From Podarcis vaucheri (Eukaryota): 64,000 nt of DNA. This document shows, one piece after another, positions 1-14,616 of the stretch. The stretch lies in the NCBI GenBank assembly GCA_965113315.1, contig OZ220373.1; one strand, given 5' to 3'. Below the pieces are notes generated by a model. It did not search any database, had not been told where the DNA came from, and was given only the letters and a program-made list of their open reading frames with translations. The first letter of the stretch is position 1. Each line of letters opens with the position of its first letter. Made by a program: the position numbers and the translations under genes.

Positions 1-274
1 ACTTAAGAGGGGCCTTAGTTGAATATGAGGGTGGAGAGAGGATATGGTAATGTTTTCTTGTTTCTGCTGCATGCCATATAGCAGGAATTGTCCCAAAGTT
101 GTTGGGGTGTGTTCTGAGCCATCATCAGCATCATTATATAAAAAAATAAAACCTGATTGTTCCCAAGGATTTTGCAGGGTGGGGGAATCCATTTCAGAGG
201 CATCGTTATTACCATCACCTTTTTCTCCAGATTGGTCCACAGCACTCTGTTTTTGCGTGTGTGTGTCCAAATTG

Positions 275-874
275 TGTTAGGAGCTGGAGTCAAGCATAGG
301 CCAGCAATAAAAATACAGTGAAGTTAACTCTTTATTCAAAGCAACCAAAACAACTTAGGCCTAGTGATCACAGCAACTCTTCCTAGTACATCTCGCCCCA
401 GTGAGGCAGTTAAAAGGACTGAAGGAAGTTAAAAGGACCTTCCCACAGCTACCTAAGTCCCCTCCTCTCCAAGCAGCAGTAGACTGTATCTGTGCACAGC
501 CAACCTCTCCTCTGCCCTTTTCATTTCTCTGTGTTCTATGAGACAAGGATGGAAGGAAGTTGGTTGCGGCAGGAAGGGGAGACTCCCTGGATTCTTCAGC
601 AGCCAATCTCATCACTGCCTCTTGGCCCCCTCTTCTCCAGTCTTCTCTTCTGCCCCTGAGTCTGGACTGCTCTTTGCCCCCAGCCTCTTTCTACTCACTA
701 AACCCTCCAGTCCCTTCAGCTTCCAACACCTCCTCCTCCCAGACTTCTCCCTCTTCACTATCTGACTGATCATCATCATTCCACCACCAATTCCCGGGCT
801 CTGAGCCTTCTTCCCTTGGGGGTTTCCCAGCTGATGCTTCTCACTACTCCTCTTCATCCAGCCAGTCCTTGACA
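275..874 (-). mobile_element. Solo Gypsy-type LTR (~600 bp), decayed
   Basis: TG...CA termini with an imperfect inverted repeat (TGTTAGGA / TCCTTGACA). Purine-rich U3 on the minus strand and AATAAA on the minus strand near 331-336. Flanks ATTG/GTTG match only imperfectly. Confidence 0.65.
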
Positions 875-3800
875 GTTGTTTGGGGAGGGACAGCACAGTA
901 CAAAAGCAGAAACATTAATAACACCATGCCTTCATACACCTCTAATTTTGACATAGTCACATTTGTTAAGTTAAATGAATAGCCTCCTCTCCAAAAAGGC
1001 CTGTACAAAGGAGCCTGCAGATCATAAATTCACCACTGCTTGCAAGAAATGATAATGAGATAATTTGCTTTGATCCAGCAGCTGCTGATAATTCAACACT
1101 GCCTACCTTTTAATACAGTGTGTTTAAGTTTCAAAAGCTCCCCCTTCCCAGGCAGGTTAATTACTCTAATGTGTTTATCTAGTTCTCTTAACCATAATAC
1201 CCTGGTGTCACGTGGCTGGTATCGCTTTAAAATAGAACAGATTAAACAAATCCCTTTACTCGCCCTATAAAAATAGTGGTTGTGTGCTTTTGTAAATGTG
1301 TGTTTAATGGGTTACCTATTGAAATCCAAAGGCCTGTGTTTGCATGCTTCTTGATGAAGTGCAAGATAATTTAAAATGAAAAATTTAAAAAGTGCCTTAA
1401 CCAACTTGCAATGGTAAATGCACGTTTTTAAACAACAACAACAACAACAACGCACAAATTACATGTTCAGGTGATACCTTTATTAAAGAGCAAGCAAAAT
1501 GCCACAAAATAATGAGCAAGCTTTCAGTTCCTCCAGAATTCTGCATCAGTCCAGACGTTAAACAAAGCAGGAGTGGGGTTGGAGAGGGAAAGGGTGGCTG
1601 GAGGCTGAAACTGCAGAGTCTGCAGTTAGTCTCTTAAAATAGAGTGTGGGCAAAGAGTGCAGGCTTAACTAGATTAGGCTTTTGCATGGTGTGTTATGCA
1701 GGTTTCAAGTTGCACCTAGAGCTGCCCCTAGGATTGTTGATGATCCCTCATTTTGAAAATATAAAATCCGTATGTTACCCAGTAACTTAGCAGCACTGGA
1801 TCAGATCAATTGCCCTCTAGTTCAGCAACCTGTCCTTACAGTGGCCAACCAAGGAAACTCACAAGCAGGACCTAAATGCTTTTTGTTTCCTATAAATTGG
1901 TATTCAAAAGTATACTGCCTTATCCATGTTTGATTGTTACCTATAATAGGCTATGCTCACGCTAGTGGCTTGCAATGCTGTGTGGTCATTTCCTGCATCT
2001 CCACCAGCCTGCTATGTTTCCAAGTTGCTTTCTCCTGCCACCAGGTTCACATCAGAGCACAGGTAAGGATTCCTTCACCCAACTATGTTTTTCCCTGTGC
2101 CAAGTGAAGCTGTCACCTGTGCATGCAGAAAAGCAGCCTGAGCTGTTCGCACAGCAACAGAACCATGGCTTCTGTTTTCCAATCAGATGGAAACTAAGTT
2201 CGAGCAAAAGCACATCAAACAGAGGTACTCCTAAAGCAATGGGATACAGATGGATTGTGGCTAACGTCATGCGTGCTTTGCTTGTGTGGTGACAGCACAC
2301 TGGAGCCATCATAAATGGTAATGCAGCCATGCAACATGGAAGCTATGTTGGTCTACTTAGCCAAAGGAAGCCCCCTCCCCAAATATACCAATTGAATTGA
2401 AATGGGTAAGTTTCCAATGGAAAAGGTGCACATTTTCTGTGTTAAAAGAAAACCTGGAACTCCCAGGGTTCGCGTGACCATTTTCTGAGAGGTTGGGCAT
2501 ACCCAGTGAGACTCCTTCCTTTGAATGCCAAAATAAATAATTGCCTATGCACGTTATCTCAGTTTTAAAAATGGTTTGCTATGGGGCACAGCGGGATTGC
2601 TGTCTTAAGGAATGCAAGCCTCTAACCACACAAAGACATGCAGAATCAATTGTACCCATTTTATTATTTTTAGATTGATATCACACCGTGTCAGCCAACC
2701 GGAATCTCTCAGCTGGTTACATTTCCATTCCATCATTTTAGTTGGTCATTGCAAACAACTGAAAGACTTGCTGGAATGCCAAGACTGGCTGCAATCTTGT
2801 GAGTTGGTTACAATACAAACAAAAAATAAAGTAACCAGCAATAAAATGAAATGCAGTTTCAGCCCCCTGTTAGCATTATTGAAAAGAATGGTGACTAATA
2901 CAAGTGAAAGCCCCCTGGGAAAATCAGTGGCAAGGGGAATAGCTTGATGCTACGTAGGAGACAGAGAGATGAGTGAATATGACAGTTTTTTGTTTTTCCA
3001 AACTTAAGTTCATTTCTCCCCATTACCACATCAGCCTTCTTTTTAAAGCTGTTATGAAAATCCATCGGCATTTTAGTGTGGAATTTTTCTTACACATTCC
3101 TTCTTTTTTTGTATGCAATTTTCCCTAATATTCACATTTTCACAAAGAAATTTTCTCTAATACAATGCATTTCACATGGTTGTTTTATGCACATTTTATC
3201 CTAGTATATGCATATTTGTGTGCATTACTTAGCTGGAGAATTGCATTGCAAAAAAATCAGAGAAGTGTGAATTTCAAACAATGGCTGGGGTTTGGTTGGT
3301 GTACCATTTCAGAAAATACGGATTTGGCAGCTTCACTTTTAAATGTGAATAGAATCACATCTTCCCCACTCCTAAGGAAATACTAGAGAAGAAACAACAG
3401 CAGCCTGGTCCTCCCATTCACTGGAAGAGTCATACATCACAATTCATGAAACTGAATAAGCATCAAGGCAAACCACTTCTCTTATCCCCACTTCCATTAC
3501 AAAGAACTTGATTTGTATTTCAGTGCAAATATCCTGGCCAAAGTTACACATAACAGCCTAACAGTGGAGCTTTGACATGTCGGTTAACAACCCAGAAAAA
3601 TAAGACAGGATTCATTTGGACACAATGAGAAATTCTGGCTTAACACAAGTCAGGATCTTCACACTGAAGCCAGCACACAAAGTGAGAAAGCAAAGCAAGA
3701 GGTTCTTAGCCTCAATGCTCATTTCCAGTTTCATAAACCATGGTTTATGAAGCCTCGGTGATAATTGAAACCAGGCTTATCTCTGGCCCCCATGTTTAAT

Positions 3801-5436
3801 AAGCTATGAAAGCCACATCTACTATTTGCCAGCATACACAATGCTGATGCAGCCGGACTCTGACTGCCAATATTTCAAATGAAGATCTGAAAGGGAAGAG
3901 CATGTAAAATATTCAAGAGGCTGTGTGAGCTAAATTGCATAACTATATCTGGATCCCAAACTTTCACACCAGAATTTCTGCCTATAGCACAGGTTTAATA
4001 TCCTTATACTTAGCAGAGTTGTGGTGTCTAAGTAGCAACATGTCCATCCTAAACAGTGATTTGCCGAAACGAAATGGATGGATGGATGGATGAATATGCC
4101 TATTGCTCAACTTAATTCCAGAAACAATGCCAGGTGAGGTGGCGCAGCAGGAAAAGTGTGTCCTGCATTCATTTTTGAAGAAAGGATTTTCCGTGTCCAG
4201 ACAAATGACCCACTGAGTCTGGTGGTGGTTAGATGTTGGGCTGAGACCCAGGTTCAAATGAGGGGCACTGGAAGCTGGCAGGTCTTTTGTGTGCATGCAT
4301 TTTACAAGCATGGGAACTCAAATCAAGATATAACAGGATTTTTTGAGTGTGCACACACATGTACCAATCTCTTCTCAAGAGGTAAAACAGGGACAAAAGA
4401 CAGAGGGGTCCCCACCCCCAACCAGTTAAAACCAGAAACAGGTTCCAGAAAGGACTGTCCCTGGGGGGAAAGGGGCAGTTGGAAGTAAGATACCAACACA
4501 GACAAATTTTTAACAAGAATACTTTAAAATGAAGAAAAGAAATTTATCCAGGGAAACAGACTGAGAAGGCTACTCAACTAAATCTAATCACTCAACAAGG
4601 CACTTCAGGTAAAAAGATCCAGACAAAACAAAAAAAAAGCCCTAAACGATATCCAACAATGTTCCTGTGCAATCTAATTCCACAAATTCTTTCTTGAAAA
4701 CAGTTATTTCTAGTCATCATCTGAACCTCTTGAGTAATCAGTCTTCACAGTTACAAATGCACAACATTATTTCATGAAGTGTTGAAGCTTCTTTTGAAGA
4801 CAGGATTTTAATGTATTACGGTGCAAAAGCCCCAGATCAGATCAAACAAAAGTGACCCATTAGTCAGTTTGTTCTTATTTTGAATCCCAAAGGTTTTTTG
4901 TTTTGTTTTTTTCATTTTAAATACTCCCACTTTTGTCCTTGGATCTTTTCTTGGTACCTATGACCTAACCTTAGTATACATGCTGGAAGGCAGGGCAGAC
5001 TGGACTGAGAGAACAGCAAAAGGAATAAATAATCTCATCCCCATCTGCGCTGTAATGCTCATCCTAATACTGCTGACCTGGCTGGATGTGTGTTTTGACA
5101 CTGTTCATCCACATCCTAGACCACCTATTCTTAGATGTTCAGATCTACATCTGAACTAATAGTTACTCAAGCCAAGAGCAGGCAGTCTTCAGTCTTCTTG
5201 GGTTTACCTTGTGTGTTGTTGTGTCAACAGAACCCCAGCATCTACCAACCAGAGTCAGGTGCAAAAGATATATTAAAATTAAAGAAAACATTGCTTGTGA
5301 GAACATTCTGACAGTGGTGGCTGGTGCTCATTGGGACTGGCAGGGCAGAAGGCTAGAAAGCCAACAGCAGGTAGATCCAGAACCAGTGATGGAACATATC
5401 CACAGCACTTTATACCAATTTAACAACAGCACATGG

Positions 5437-5747
5437 AAGTCATATGGAAGATGGAGCAAGTTTGTTTTCTCCTGCTGTGGAGGGTAGGACCCGAACCAGT
5501 GGCTTCCAGTTACAAGAAAGGAGAGCCCAAGTAAACATCAGGAAGAGGTTTAAGACAATAAGAGCTGTTTGACAATGGAATGGTCTCCCTCGGAAGGTTG
5601 TGGATGGACTCTCCTTCACTGGAGGGTTTTAAACAAAGGTTGGATGGCCACATTTCATGGGTGCTTTAGTTGAGATTCCTGCATTGCAGGGAGTTGGGTG
5701 AGATGACTCCCAGTCCCTTCCAACTCTACAATTCTATGTTTCTATGA
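5437..5747 (+). mobile_element. Older CR1 LINE 3' fragment
   Basis: Diverged homologue of 18053-18355, ending ccttccaactctacaattctatgtttctatga. Confidence 0.8.
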
Positions 5748-7790
5748 TAACACCTAGCCCTGGTGAGTTCATAGTGAGGTAAGATTCAAACCTGGGCGTT
5801 TCTGGTGCAGGGATCACTGCACTACATCTACACTCATAGTTATTTGATGCAAGGGGTGTGTGTGTGCAAGTAATGGGTAGAAAAAGTTCTATAATGTAAG
5901 GGAATGAAACATCCCACCCTATGCTTTTTGTTGTTCTTAAAAATCTGCTTTACTCTTTTTATTGACGGGGCCAGTCCATCAGATTCTCAAAAGCAGTTTA
6001 CAAAGCATTTAATATGCATAGCTTAAAATCAAAATGTAGTAAGAAAATGTGAAATATGTCACACACCACATCAAAAATCAATACAAAGTCAGAACAACCA
6101 AGATTGAAGCCAACTACATTGAAATCCTAAATGGCTGCACACAGGCCAGACAATAGATGTCAAGATATGGAACAGTAATTACAATCTAAGATATTCTTTT
6201 CATCCCACTCTAAAGCAACTCCCTCCTATTCAGATTCTGTCTTGCATTCATCTAGGTTTCTGCCTTTCTAATTTAGCTGGACATTGACAATTTTCATGCT
6301 GATAGTACAATGAGGAGGAAAATGTCAAGTAATCTGTACAGCATATATACTCAAAGGGCAAATAGCACAGAGAAACAATTGATCTTTCCCTGTTTAATAC
6401 TGGCTTCACCTTCTGCCCAAATGCCAGAGGCTACTTGGTGCCTTTGTTTAATCCTTGTCCTCCTGCAACATTTCACACAAAAATTCCACAGCAACAAGAT
6501 ACAATGGAACTTTGCCTGTGTGCATTACAAAGAGATTTGTTCGCAAAGCAGCAACAGAACAGAACATCTTGTCCTTTGTCTTGCTTCAACCAACCCTCTT
6601 GTATCTACGTGAATGTTTTCCTGTGGCAAGAACGTAAATGTCACTGCTACATGGAGAGGGACATGCAAGGCTGATGAGGTGCTCAGCTGCTTTCTTAGTT
6701 CTGTTATGTCTTCTCATTGATGCATAGCTGCCCTTCTCCTTGCAGGAATATTGCAGGTACTTATCCCATTTTTCTTAATCGGGTTTCTTAAAAAGCCACT
6801 CACCTGGCTGCTTATGGTGAACAAGGGGTACCTCAAGGTGACCCAGCAGGGATGCATTTGTAAGCTGTTAGAGGCTTAGCTTGCTCCTTCCCCCACCCCC
6901 TCCGGTGCCATTAACATGCCACGAAATAACTGAAAGCAGGAGGAATGCATAGGGCAGGAAAGACTTATCGGCAAGGCCACTTAAATTTTTTGTGATTGAT
7001 GAATTTTACAATCTTTCCATAATTTCCTGAACACATCAATAACTCCGGGCAATGCAGTCATTAAAAATACCAATTTAAACAAGCAAAAGCAAATAGATAA
7101 TCACAAAACCTTATCTAAAGCATCTCTCTCTCCTTTTCTAATATTTCTTTAAAGAAACGCAAAACATAACGACAGAAGACAAATTAAGAAAACAAGGTCC
7201 TTTGGGTATTTATTCATAGGCAGCCTTTGCAAAACATCCCTTTCTGCCTTTGGCTTGAATGTTCAACCAGGACTTAACTTTTCCTCCCACTGGATTCTTC
7301 TCCCTCAGATCTGCAGTCCTTGTTAATAACATTTTCCCATCTGCCACTCACAGTTCTGTTTCCACCACCACCACCCAGACACTTTCAGAATCATACTATT
7401 TCCTCTTGTTTTATACAAGAACATTGCTCAAACAGTGGACCTTGGGCCACTTTCGGGTGGCCTCAGCCAGGTAGACCTCAGTCTATCCAGTGTCTTCTCA
7501 CTTCTGCCCTGCTCCCAAGCCATGGGATAGCCTTTTGACTGGACCAATGCCAGAATCAGCAATTACTTGTTTTCCGAGGAAAGACAAAGGAGTTGGAACG
7601 GGGTGGAAGGCCAAAGGCCAAAGGAGTTGTTGAAGGAAACTAGAAAGTGATATAAAAGCTTAATATGTTCCTGAATTATTATTTTTTAAAGTGTTTTATC
7701 ATTTGTGTGTTTGCTGCACTAGAATCCTCTGGCAGGACGAGTGGGGTATATGTTTAATAATAAAATAAAACAATTATTACTACTATTATA

Positions 7791-8035
7791 AAAAGGTAAA
7801 GGGACCCCTGACCATTAGGTCCAGTCATGACCGACTCTGGGTTATGGCGCTCATCTCTCTTTATTGGCCGAGGGAGCCAGCGTACAGCTTCCGGGTCATG
7901 TGGCCAGCATGACTAAGCCGCTTCTGGCGAACCAGAGCAGCGCACAGAAACGCCGTTTACCTTCCCGCCGCAGCGGTACCTATTTATCTACTTGCACTTT
8001 GACGTGCTTTCGAACTGCTAGGTTGGTAGGAGACA
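7791..8035 (-). mobile_element. Sauria (POM-type) SINE, 5'-truncated
   Basis: (ACCTTT)n tail on the minus strand; body nearly identical to 39023-39378; 9-bp TSD ACTATTATA (7782-7790 and 8036-8044). Confidence 0.88.
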
Positions 8036-8657
8036 ACTATTATATAAAAATGCAAAATCAAGCATAGAACAAAATCATCACAGAAAATAGGCATCAAATA
8101 CAGAAGAAGAGATAAAAGGGAGGCCAGAGATATTAGTAATACATTCCAGACTTTTGTTATAATGGAAATTATAACAAGTCTATAAAAATAAAAGCACCAT
8201 TAGCATGGATGTCCCTCATTTCCCAGGGGGTGGGCCAGCAAGTTTCTGAAGCTCTGTAGGTATTCCTGTTTTATTATATTATCCACAACCATTTATAGGA
8301 TGAAGGAGTGGGGGAGAGATTGGTTATGTTTGTAACGTGTCCAATAAAATCATATCAAACAAAAATACTGTAAATTTGTTCTTTTTTTATTCCTCTAGAG
8401 GTTCTCAGCTTATATGCTTTAAAAGAAAGAAAAAAGCAGGACTGATTCCCATATATTTGTGTACCAGTAAGAAATATTTGGTCCTTTATCACTATCTTCA
8501 AATACTTTTAGAAGAGCTAGTTGTGGGCTGGATGTTATGTTACAATTTGTAATTGTGTTATTCTCTTAAAACACAGAAAGCCAGAGCTTTTGTACTTTTC
8601 CACCATTACACAAGAACCCACCTGGTGGCATCCTGCTGGCAGGGATATAAATTTAAT

Positions 8658-8712
8658 CATACATACATACATACATACATACATACATACATTTAACAAC
8701 AACAACAACAAA
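8658..8712. repeat. (CATA)n plus (AAC)n microsatellite
   Basis: Read directly from the sequence. Confidence 0.9.
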
Positions 8713-10384
8713 CAGGAAATAGAAAGGGAAGGGAGTAAAAGGACCAGGAAGGAAGGACGAAAGAAACTGATGGAGTGGGAATAAAGTACAAACTCAGTGT
8801 GAAAGGAGAATAGGAGGAGAAATTACTTTTTATAAGGTATCTTCGAAGGAAAAGGAATCATGGACAGAGGATTCCAGGATACATCATGGCTTATTTTTGT
8901 ACTGGGGTGTTTATATTGCTGTATAAAACAAATAACCACTCAAAAGTTAAGCACACAAACTGATCTTGGTTTCACTGACAGTAGGAGTCCACATGCATAT
9001 TTAAACAAATCTAAACTATGTATCTGTAATTAAATTTTATTTTTAAAATGAGTCAATAATTCCTCACTAAAGTTCTTTTTTGTTTATTTAGTATTCAGCT
9101 ACGCTCAGTTCTCTGTTAAGTTGGTACGCTAATCCTAAACTGCAGTAAACTAAAGATTGATATTTTTAATTAGCAAATGCCAGCTGTTCATAGTGATAGC
9201 AACATTAAAGTTATGGAGAAAGAAATGCAGTGTATTGAGATTATACAGTAAACAAATTGGGAATATTAGACAAAACCAAACAAAATTGCAAGGATAAGCC
9301 TAATTGGTGCTCAAACTATACTCTATATTATTGTTATTATTTTCTGATCAACAGAATAAAATATATGACGTTCTGAACATGAATGTCAACTGTACATGAA
9401 TGGGTTGAAAAGGCTCAGGGATAGTTTTTAATAGGATGGCCGATTAACAAAGAATGACCACTCATAAGCAGTAAATTGCTTAAGTGGAAGGGAGAAGTCA
9501 GAGAAGGGAAGGGTATTATTTGGAGATTTAATTTTACAGCTGTGTTGAACCAAAGGTGAAATGCTCCTAAAGGTCTGCAAATGCCATCTTGGTAGTCCAG
9601 ATAACCCCAAACTAACTGGCAGTTGTTGCAAGAATGATTCACTTGCTTTAATACATGCTAATTGGCTTGGTTTGATGCTATGCTTATCTGTGGGCTTGGG
9701 GTGCTGGGCTCTGAGCCCAGAAAGGGGAACTATCTATAAGATTTGGGCGTTTGCCACCTATGCCCTCATCTGGTCAGGTGAAGCAATGGAAAGTCCTGGC
9801 CTAAGTGACATATGCTGCTTTATGTATAAAGAAGGTATGAATGTTTGCATGGCAGTGGACCTCTCACTGTTGCAGTGTCCATTTGTAAAAGCTGTGTGTC
9901 TCTACAGGCCGTGCAGTAAATCTACATTTCCTTCTTCTAATAAAGCACTAGAACTGATCACTCTCTCGTTTGTTCACATCCTTCTTACATATACCTGCCC
10001 CAAACCACTCCCACGAGCCCTGCTTTAGGCTGGTGGATCAGGGCAACATTTTCCAGGGACAGTTCCAGATTTACAGAAGGATCCTGGTTTTTAATTTGAT
10101 CCCATAATGTCCGCTTTTCCATAAAACATTCCCATGTTCATCAGAGAAATGTTGGACGGAGTTATGTGACCCTCAAGCCAAGGAGATATAAGGAGCAGAT
10201 ACAACCTTTAGAAGACATCTGAAGGCAGTCCTGTATAGGGCAGTTTTTTAACGTTTAATGTTTCATTATGTTTTTATTTATGTTAGAAGCTGCCCAGAGT
10301 GGCTGGGACAACTCAGTCAGATGGCTGTGGTACAGGTAATAAAAATTGTTATTGCTGTTTTGTTGTTGTTGTAATCATTATATA

Positions 10385-10740
10385 GTGCTGGAGGAGAGAC
10401 TTGAGAGTCCCATGGACTACAAGAAGATCAAACCTATCCATTCTTAAGGAAATCAGCCCTGAATGCTCACTGGAAGGACAGATCCTGAAGCTGAGGCTCC
10501 AATACTTTGGCCACCACACGAGAAGAGAAGACTCCCTGGGAAAGACCCTGATGTTGGGGAAGATTGAGGGCACAAGGAGAAGGGGACGACAGAGGACGAG
10601 ATGGTTGGACAGTGTTCTCGAAGCTACTAACATGAGTTTGACCAACCTGTGGGAGGCAATGGAAGGCAGGAGTGCCTGGCGTGCTCTGGTCCATGGGGTC
10701 ACGAAGAGTCGGACACGACTAAATGACTAAACAACAACAA
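10385..10740 (+). mobile_element. BovB (RTE) LINE 3' fragment
   Basis: Encodes RVPWTTRRSNLSILKEISPECSLEGQILKLRLQYFGH...HGVTKSRTRLND and ends in a (CAA)n tail. Confidence 0.92.
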
Positions 10741-12063
10741 TCATTATTAAATAGGACATCCCTATTTTTATCAGAAATATGTTGGAGAGTATGCAATAAA
10801 CTTTGAGAAGTTATGTGGCATAAACCAGTTGCACTACTTACTTGTCTAGCAATGTAATTAATCCAAATCCTGACAAGTGATCAGAAATGGGTCTCGTCTA
10901 CAATTCCTGCATACAGTAACTGATTATCCATTTGTTTATGATCACTTGGATCCATATCAGTATCTCTACATCAAAACGAAAGCCAACAGGATATGATGTG
11001 AAGCAACAGAGGAAGCAACAGAGGAAGTCAGAACACTGGTCCATCTGACGCAGTTTTATCTGAGTATAGCAGTGGCTTTCCAGGGTTTCAGCCAGAGGTG
11101 TTTCCCAACCCTTCCAGAAGATGCCAAGGATTGAAACTGGGTCTTCTGCATGCAAAAGCAGGTGTTCTACCACTAAGCTAAAGCCCTTCTCTAAATAGAG
11201 TGCTGGGCTTGGACTAGGTTAACTTGAGTTCAGCCATGGGCAAGTCATAGTTCTCAGCAGCACCAACCCTGAAGGATTGTTTTGAGAACAAGAAAGGGGA
11301 TATCTCCACGTACAAGTTACATTTGTGATAAAGGATATTCATTTATATTCCACTTACTCAGCCAGCAGAAAGCTCAGTGGTCAATAAAACATAATCACCA
11401 GAGTATTTTGCTACCAAAAGTTATGGCCGTGGCACACTATTATTCAACTAGATCCTGTTGAAGCCATTAGGATAAGTCCAAGTCTTGCCCAAAATGTTCT
11501 ACTATAAATTGAACAGATTAAAGTGCAAGTGTTAGGCAGCTTTGACGAAATATCCAACTGCATTAGCGCACTTTGCATTTCTCTTCAAAATGTTCAAATT
11601 ATCTTAGCTTTATCCCAGCTCTTTCTTGTAAGCTATAGCCAAGCCACATCATTTGAATGCCTAATAATCATCTCCAGCTCCTCCTGAACATATTCTAAGG
11701 ATAACAGAAAAAGACCTTGAGGAGATTAGCATAAGAGATACATGGATAAATTTCCAAAGAAACAACGAAGTCCTGTTCCTTCAAAGATTATCCATCTCTA
11801 TTATGCTGATCACCTCGAGGCCTTTTTCCATTTGCAAGTTCTCCTTAAAATACCTTCTTGAAGAGATGGTTGTTAGACATTCAAATGATGTGGCTGAAGC
11901 AGCACAGAGTTTCTGTAGCAATGACTTTTACAATTGGCAACACTGATTTGGTAAAGATACTGGCAGTGGTAATTTTTTCTTAACATATACTTTTTGCTAT
12001 TTTCCTCACAGAAGATTCCCTCCACTTTCTGCAATGATACACACCAGATTTTCTTTGCATGGA

Positions 12064-12150
12064 TGAGAGAGAGAGAGAGAGAGAGAGAAGGAAGGAGAGA
12101 GAGAAAAGAAGAGAGAGAGAGAAGAAAGAAAGGAAGAAAGGAAGAAAGAG
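12064..12150. repeat. (GA)n / purine-rich repeat
   Basis: Read directly from the sequence. Confidence 0.9.
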
Positions 12151-14167
12151 ACTCTTCTTCCATACTCAGTAGCAGTAAGAACGAGAAAGTGAAGGCACGA
12201 AATGAAGATTTGCCTATCCTAAGAAACTCAAAATAACCCCCTCTGTCTGTTACAGAACCATATGTACATTGTACATGCTTATTCCCCCTGCCATGCCTGA
12301 ATCACCAATGTCAAGAGGCTCTGAATCAGCAAACCGAGTGGGGTGGGGAAATTGGCAGCAGGTTCTCTTTTAATGTAATATTTTGAAGAGTTTCCCTGTG
12401 TGCTATATTCCGAGCAAAGACCAGTGGTAATATCTGGCTATCCAAATGAGAACACCATTAAGCAGCAGAAGTAGTGATTGAAATGTGGAAAGCTCTAACA
12501 GCATCATAATTGTTCCAGGCACTGTAATGCTTTTAGCTGTTCCTGAAATGGCCTATTATAGAGAATCCATGCTCACCAAATTTAGCGTGGACAGAAAAGC
12601 TGCTGTCACTTGGAGCATTTCGGGCCTTTTCTCCATTCCAAACACAGACAGAAATCTGAGATGAGGCAATGAGTTGCTTTAACTGTCGCAGGCACTTCCA
12701 GAAAATCAGTTATTAAAGTTGTTCTATGTCCACTTAAATCAATTTATGAAGGGCAGTTCAAAAACCTATACAGATATACATTTAACGGAAGATACATCAT
12801 TCAAAGACTGCAAATATATATATATGTACAGTATATGATTTTCCATTCTCGGGCACATAGAACGATAGAATTTGTAGGGGGCATGTTGACCATTAAGTCC
12901 AACTCCCTGCTCAAAACAGGAAATCCAAAGATAGAGCAACAGCCGGCCACTGATGCATCGCCAAAATGACAGAGTGCATCATCATCATCACACGCAAAAG
13001 ACTCACACACAAAACACACAATTACACATAAAATTTGCATATGATAATGTTAGTGTGCCTATGAGTAGGGAAGAGAGAAGCAAAATTAGAAATGATTACT
13101 ATAATTTAAACAGAAATGCATCTCACCACAGCAGGGAAGACTGTGACCAGCTGACAATCTCCTCAGTCTACAGTCTGGGTGCTGACTGTTGATGGGCAAC
13201 TTCAAGAGCCCTCTAGCTCTCCCTTCTTCTTCATTTTTACCTTTAAACCAAGGTAAAAATGAAGAACAGACAGTCCTTCAAATAGACGACTGTCCTCTGC
13301 AAAGTAAAACCTATAACCACCCAACAAATGGCTGTCTATCTTCTTTGATGACCAATAGTGAGGGAGAGCCCACCTCCCCACTAAGTAATTGGTTCCATTG
13401 GCCAACTGCTCTTACTTGCCATCAAGTTATTTTTCACAAAGTTCAGCTGAGCAATACCTTCCTATAACTGCAGCCCATTAACTCTAGACTGGCTGGGGGA
13501 GCCCAGCTAGCCGATGCAGCTCTTGGTAGTCAGAGAGGAGCACTGGGCCAGGCCACACTGGGAGCACCTGCATGGGGGTGCCTGGTTTGCGCCCCCTCAA
13601 AAATTGTGCACCCGGGACCATGGCCCCCTTGGCACTCCCCATACTACACCCCTGGTTGGACTACTACTGTTATCAGCCCTGACCATTGCCCATGGTGGTT
13701 GAGGCTGATGAGAGCTGGGAGTCAAACAACATCTGGAAGGACCATGTTGCCAAAAATCTGGGCTACATCATGCTGCTCTCATAGTTGTGACTTCTATGTT
13801 GCTTGAGAGACTGCTGAAGTGGCCTGAATAGCTGCTTTCCATGTTTTCACTGTAATATTTGTGGAGGCTCTCAGGGAGTTAGAAACTAGCAAGGTCAAAC
13901 TCCCTTTGACTTGGTTCAGTTCACTTTTTGAAACCCTCATAAGTTGAACTTCACCCTCGTCGTGAAGAGGGAATGAGTCAATGAAGTGAGAGCAAGCTTT
14001 CCATCATCAGATCCCTTCTTGTCTTGTTTCCCCATGTGGTCCTGCAGCCAGTTCAAGAAAGGGGGCACAGTGATTGAGGAAGGGAGGTTTCAGTTCATAC
14101 AATCCTTGCATACAATTAAATAGTCTTTTGCATGTAAAGCACATGCCACTGCTCTCTTTTCATGCTG

Positions 14168-14418
14168 ACGGAAGCAACATGTGTGGTGTAGTGGTTAAGA
14201 GCGGTAGTCTTGTGATCTGGGGAACCGCGTTTGCGTCTCCGGTCCTCCACATGCAGCTGCTGGGTGACCTTGGGCTAGTCACACTTCTCTGAAGTCTCTC
14301 AGCCCCACTCACCTCACAGAGCGTTTGTTGTGAGGGAGGAAGGGAAAGGAGAATGTTAGCCGCTTTGAGACTCCTTCGGGTAGTGATAAAGTGGGATATC
14401 AAATCCAAACTCTTCTTC
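14168..14418 (+). mobile_element. tRNA-derived CORE-type SINE (Squam3-like)
   Basis: A-box tggtgtagtggttaagagc, CORE-like gggtgaccttgggctagtcac, L2-like tail and a (CTT)n end. Confidence 0.75.
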
Positions 14419-14616
14419 AGATTTCATCCATGCTTCAATTCTGCACCTCCAAATGGCCGCTACACATCTCCCACATATGCAGAACAGTCTCAACAAGACT
14501 CTCAAAGCAAATACAACAAAGGCCAAAAGACAAGAGTACAATAAGAACCAAATCAATCAATCAAAACAATGTTACCACTGAAACAGTTGCTGGCATCCAT
14601 CTGTCTCAAGAGACAA

